A stretch of DNA of 54,822 nucleotides from a virus (Duplodnaviria; Heunggongvirae; Uroviricota; Caudoviricetes), in the IMG/VR virus record IMGVR_UViG_2703718791_000011; one strand, given 5' to 3'. Below are positions 54,090 through 54,822 of the stretch, in pieces. Both the position numbers and the translations under genes were made by a program. The notes under the pieces were generated by a model, which was not told the origin of the DNA, searched no databases, and worked only from the letters and a program-made list of their open reading frames with translations. Numbering within the stretch: position 1 is the stretch's first letter; each line of letters starts with the position of its first letter.

Positions 54090-54473
54090 TTACAGCTCAG
54101 ATTGAGTTTGGCGCTTCTCTACAGGATGATAACGATAAATCGTCGATACACCGATATCGTAAATAATTGCCAACTGTTTCCTGCTGTAGCCATTTTCGAT
54201 CAACCTCGCTATTTGCTCATGTTGTTCTTTTGTCAACTTCGGGCGACGTCCGCCAATGCGTCCCTGTTCGCGTGCAGCTGCCAGTCCGGCCAGTGTTCTC
54301 TCAACAATTAATTCACGTTCCATTTCTGCTAAAGCACCCATGACATGAAAAAAGAAACGCCCCATGGGTGTTGATGTGTCAATACTGTCTGTCAGACTAC
54401 GGAAATTAACACCTTTTTCCCGCAACTCCTCTATAAGCGTGATAAGGTGTTTCATACTTCTGCCAAGCCTATC
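54090..54473 (-). pseudogene. cin: C-terminal two-thirds of a Cin-type DNA invertase (from ...DRLGRSMKHL to stop), 5' end replaced by IS
   Basis: Reading frame continues upstream of the listed Met as DRLGRS and then enters the IS end at 54474; conserved SLTDSIDTSTPMGRFFFHVMGALAEMEREL invertase core. Confidence 0.8.
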
Positions 54474-54822
54474 TGAACCGCCCCGGGTTTCCTGGAGAGT
54501 ATTTTATCTGTGAACTCAGGCTGCCAGATCATTATTTCCGATGGAAGCATAATAAGCTTTTTCTGCTTCTGCCGGAGGAATATGGCCCAGCCTTTCCAGC
54601 AATCGTCGATTGTTATACCAGTCCACCCACGTTCGTGTGGCCAGTTCCACTTCTGTCCGGTTTTTCCAGCTATTACGGTGTATTACCTCCGCTTTGTAAA
54701 GACCATTGATGCTCTCAGCCATCGCGTTGTCATACGAGTCGCCAGTACTCCCTGTTGATGCCAGTAATCCGGCTTCCTTAAGCCGCTGCGCGTAGGCCAG
54801 CGATACATACTGAGAACCTTTA
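54474..54822 (-). mobile_element. IS3-family (IS629/IS1203-like) insertion sequence, partial; contains the transposase C-terminus (54516-54822)
   Basis: End sequence TGAACCGCCCCGGGTTTCCTGGAGAGT...; minus-strand translation ...DSYDNAMAESINGLYKAEVIHRNSWKNRTEVELATRTWVDWYNNRRLLERLGHIPPAEAE resembles the IS3-family OrfB C-terminus. Confidence 0.8.

Noticed and set aside
54510-54758. Plus-strand 82-aa ORF inside the IS
   Set aside because: Antisense to the IS3-family transposase C-terminus, which has clear family similarity.

Overview
This window reads as a roughly 54.4 kb segment of a P1-like (Punavirus-type) temperate phage-plasmid, bounded at both edges by ends of IS3-family (IS629/IS1203-like) insertion sequences. 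All calls are made by eye from the sequence and the supplied ORF track, with protein identities recalled from memory of P1; no database search was run. Recognisable backbone, left to right: an early/accessory plus-strand gene block (VRR-NUC-like nuclease, Ppp-like phosphatase, HAD-like phosphatase, many hypotheticals), a LexA box in front of humD, phd-doc, pacA (with the GATC-rich pac site inside it) and pacB, c1-coi immunity with multiple C1 operator-like sites, a canonical loxP and cre, ref split by a Tn3-family transposon (tnpR-res-tnpA), mat, then darB, portal, protease, SAR-type lysozyme, ssb, and on the minus strand the darA-type antirestriction/lysis operon ending at an invertase (cin-like) gene truncated by the right-hand IS. 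Two AT-rich cargo islands sit in the backbone. The most interesting is a translationally coupled two-gene cassette (346 aa plus a 169 aa nucleoside-2-deoxyribosyltransferase/TIR-like protein) at the position where P1 carries its res-mod type III restriction system; I consider this the best candidate for an undescribed defence module. The second island encodes a Dgt-family dGTPase. Other notable observations are a strong excess and strand bias of Chi octamers, an invertase locus with convergent N- and C-terminal fragments, and small hydrophobic peptide ORFs in an ORF-poor spacer.
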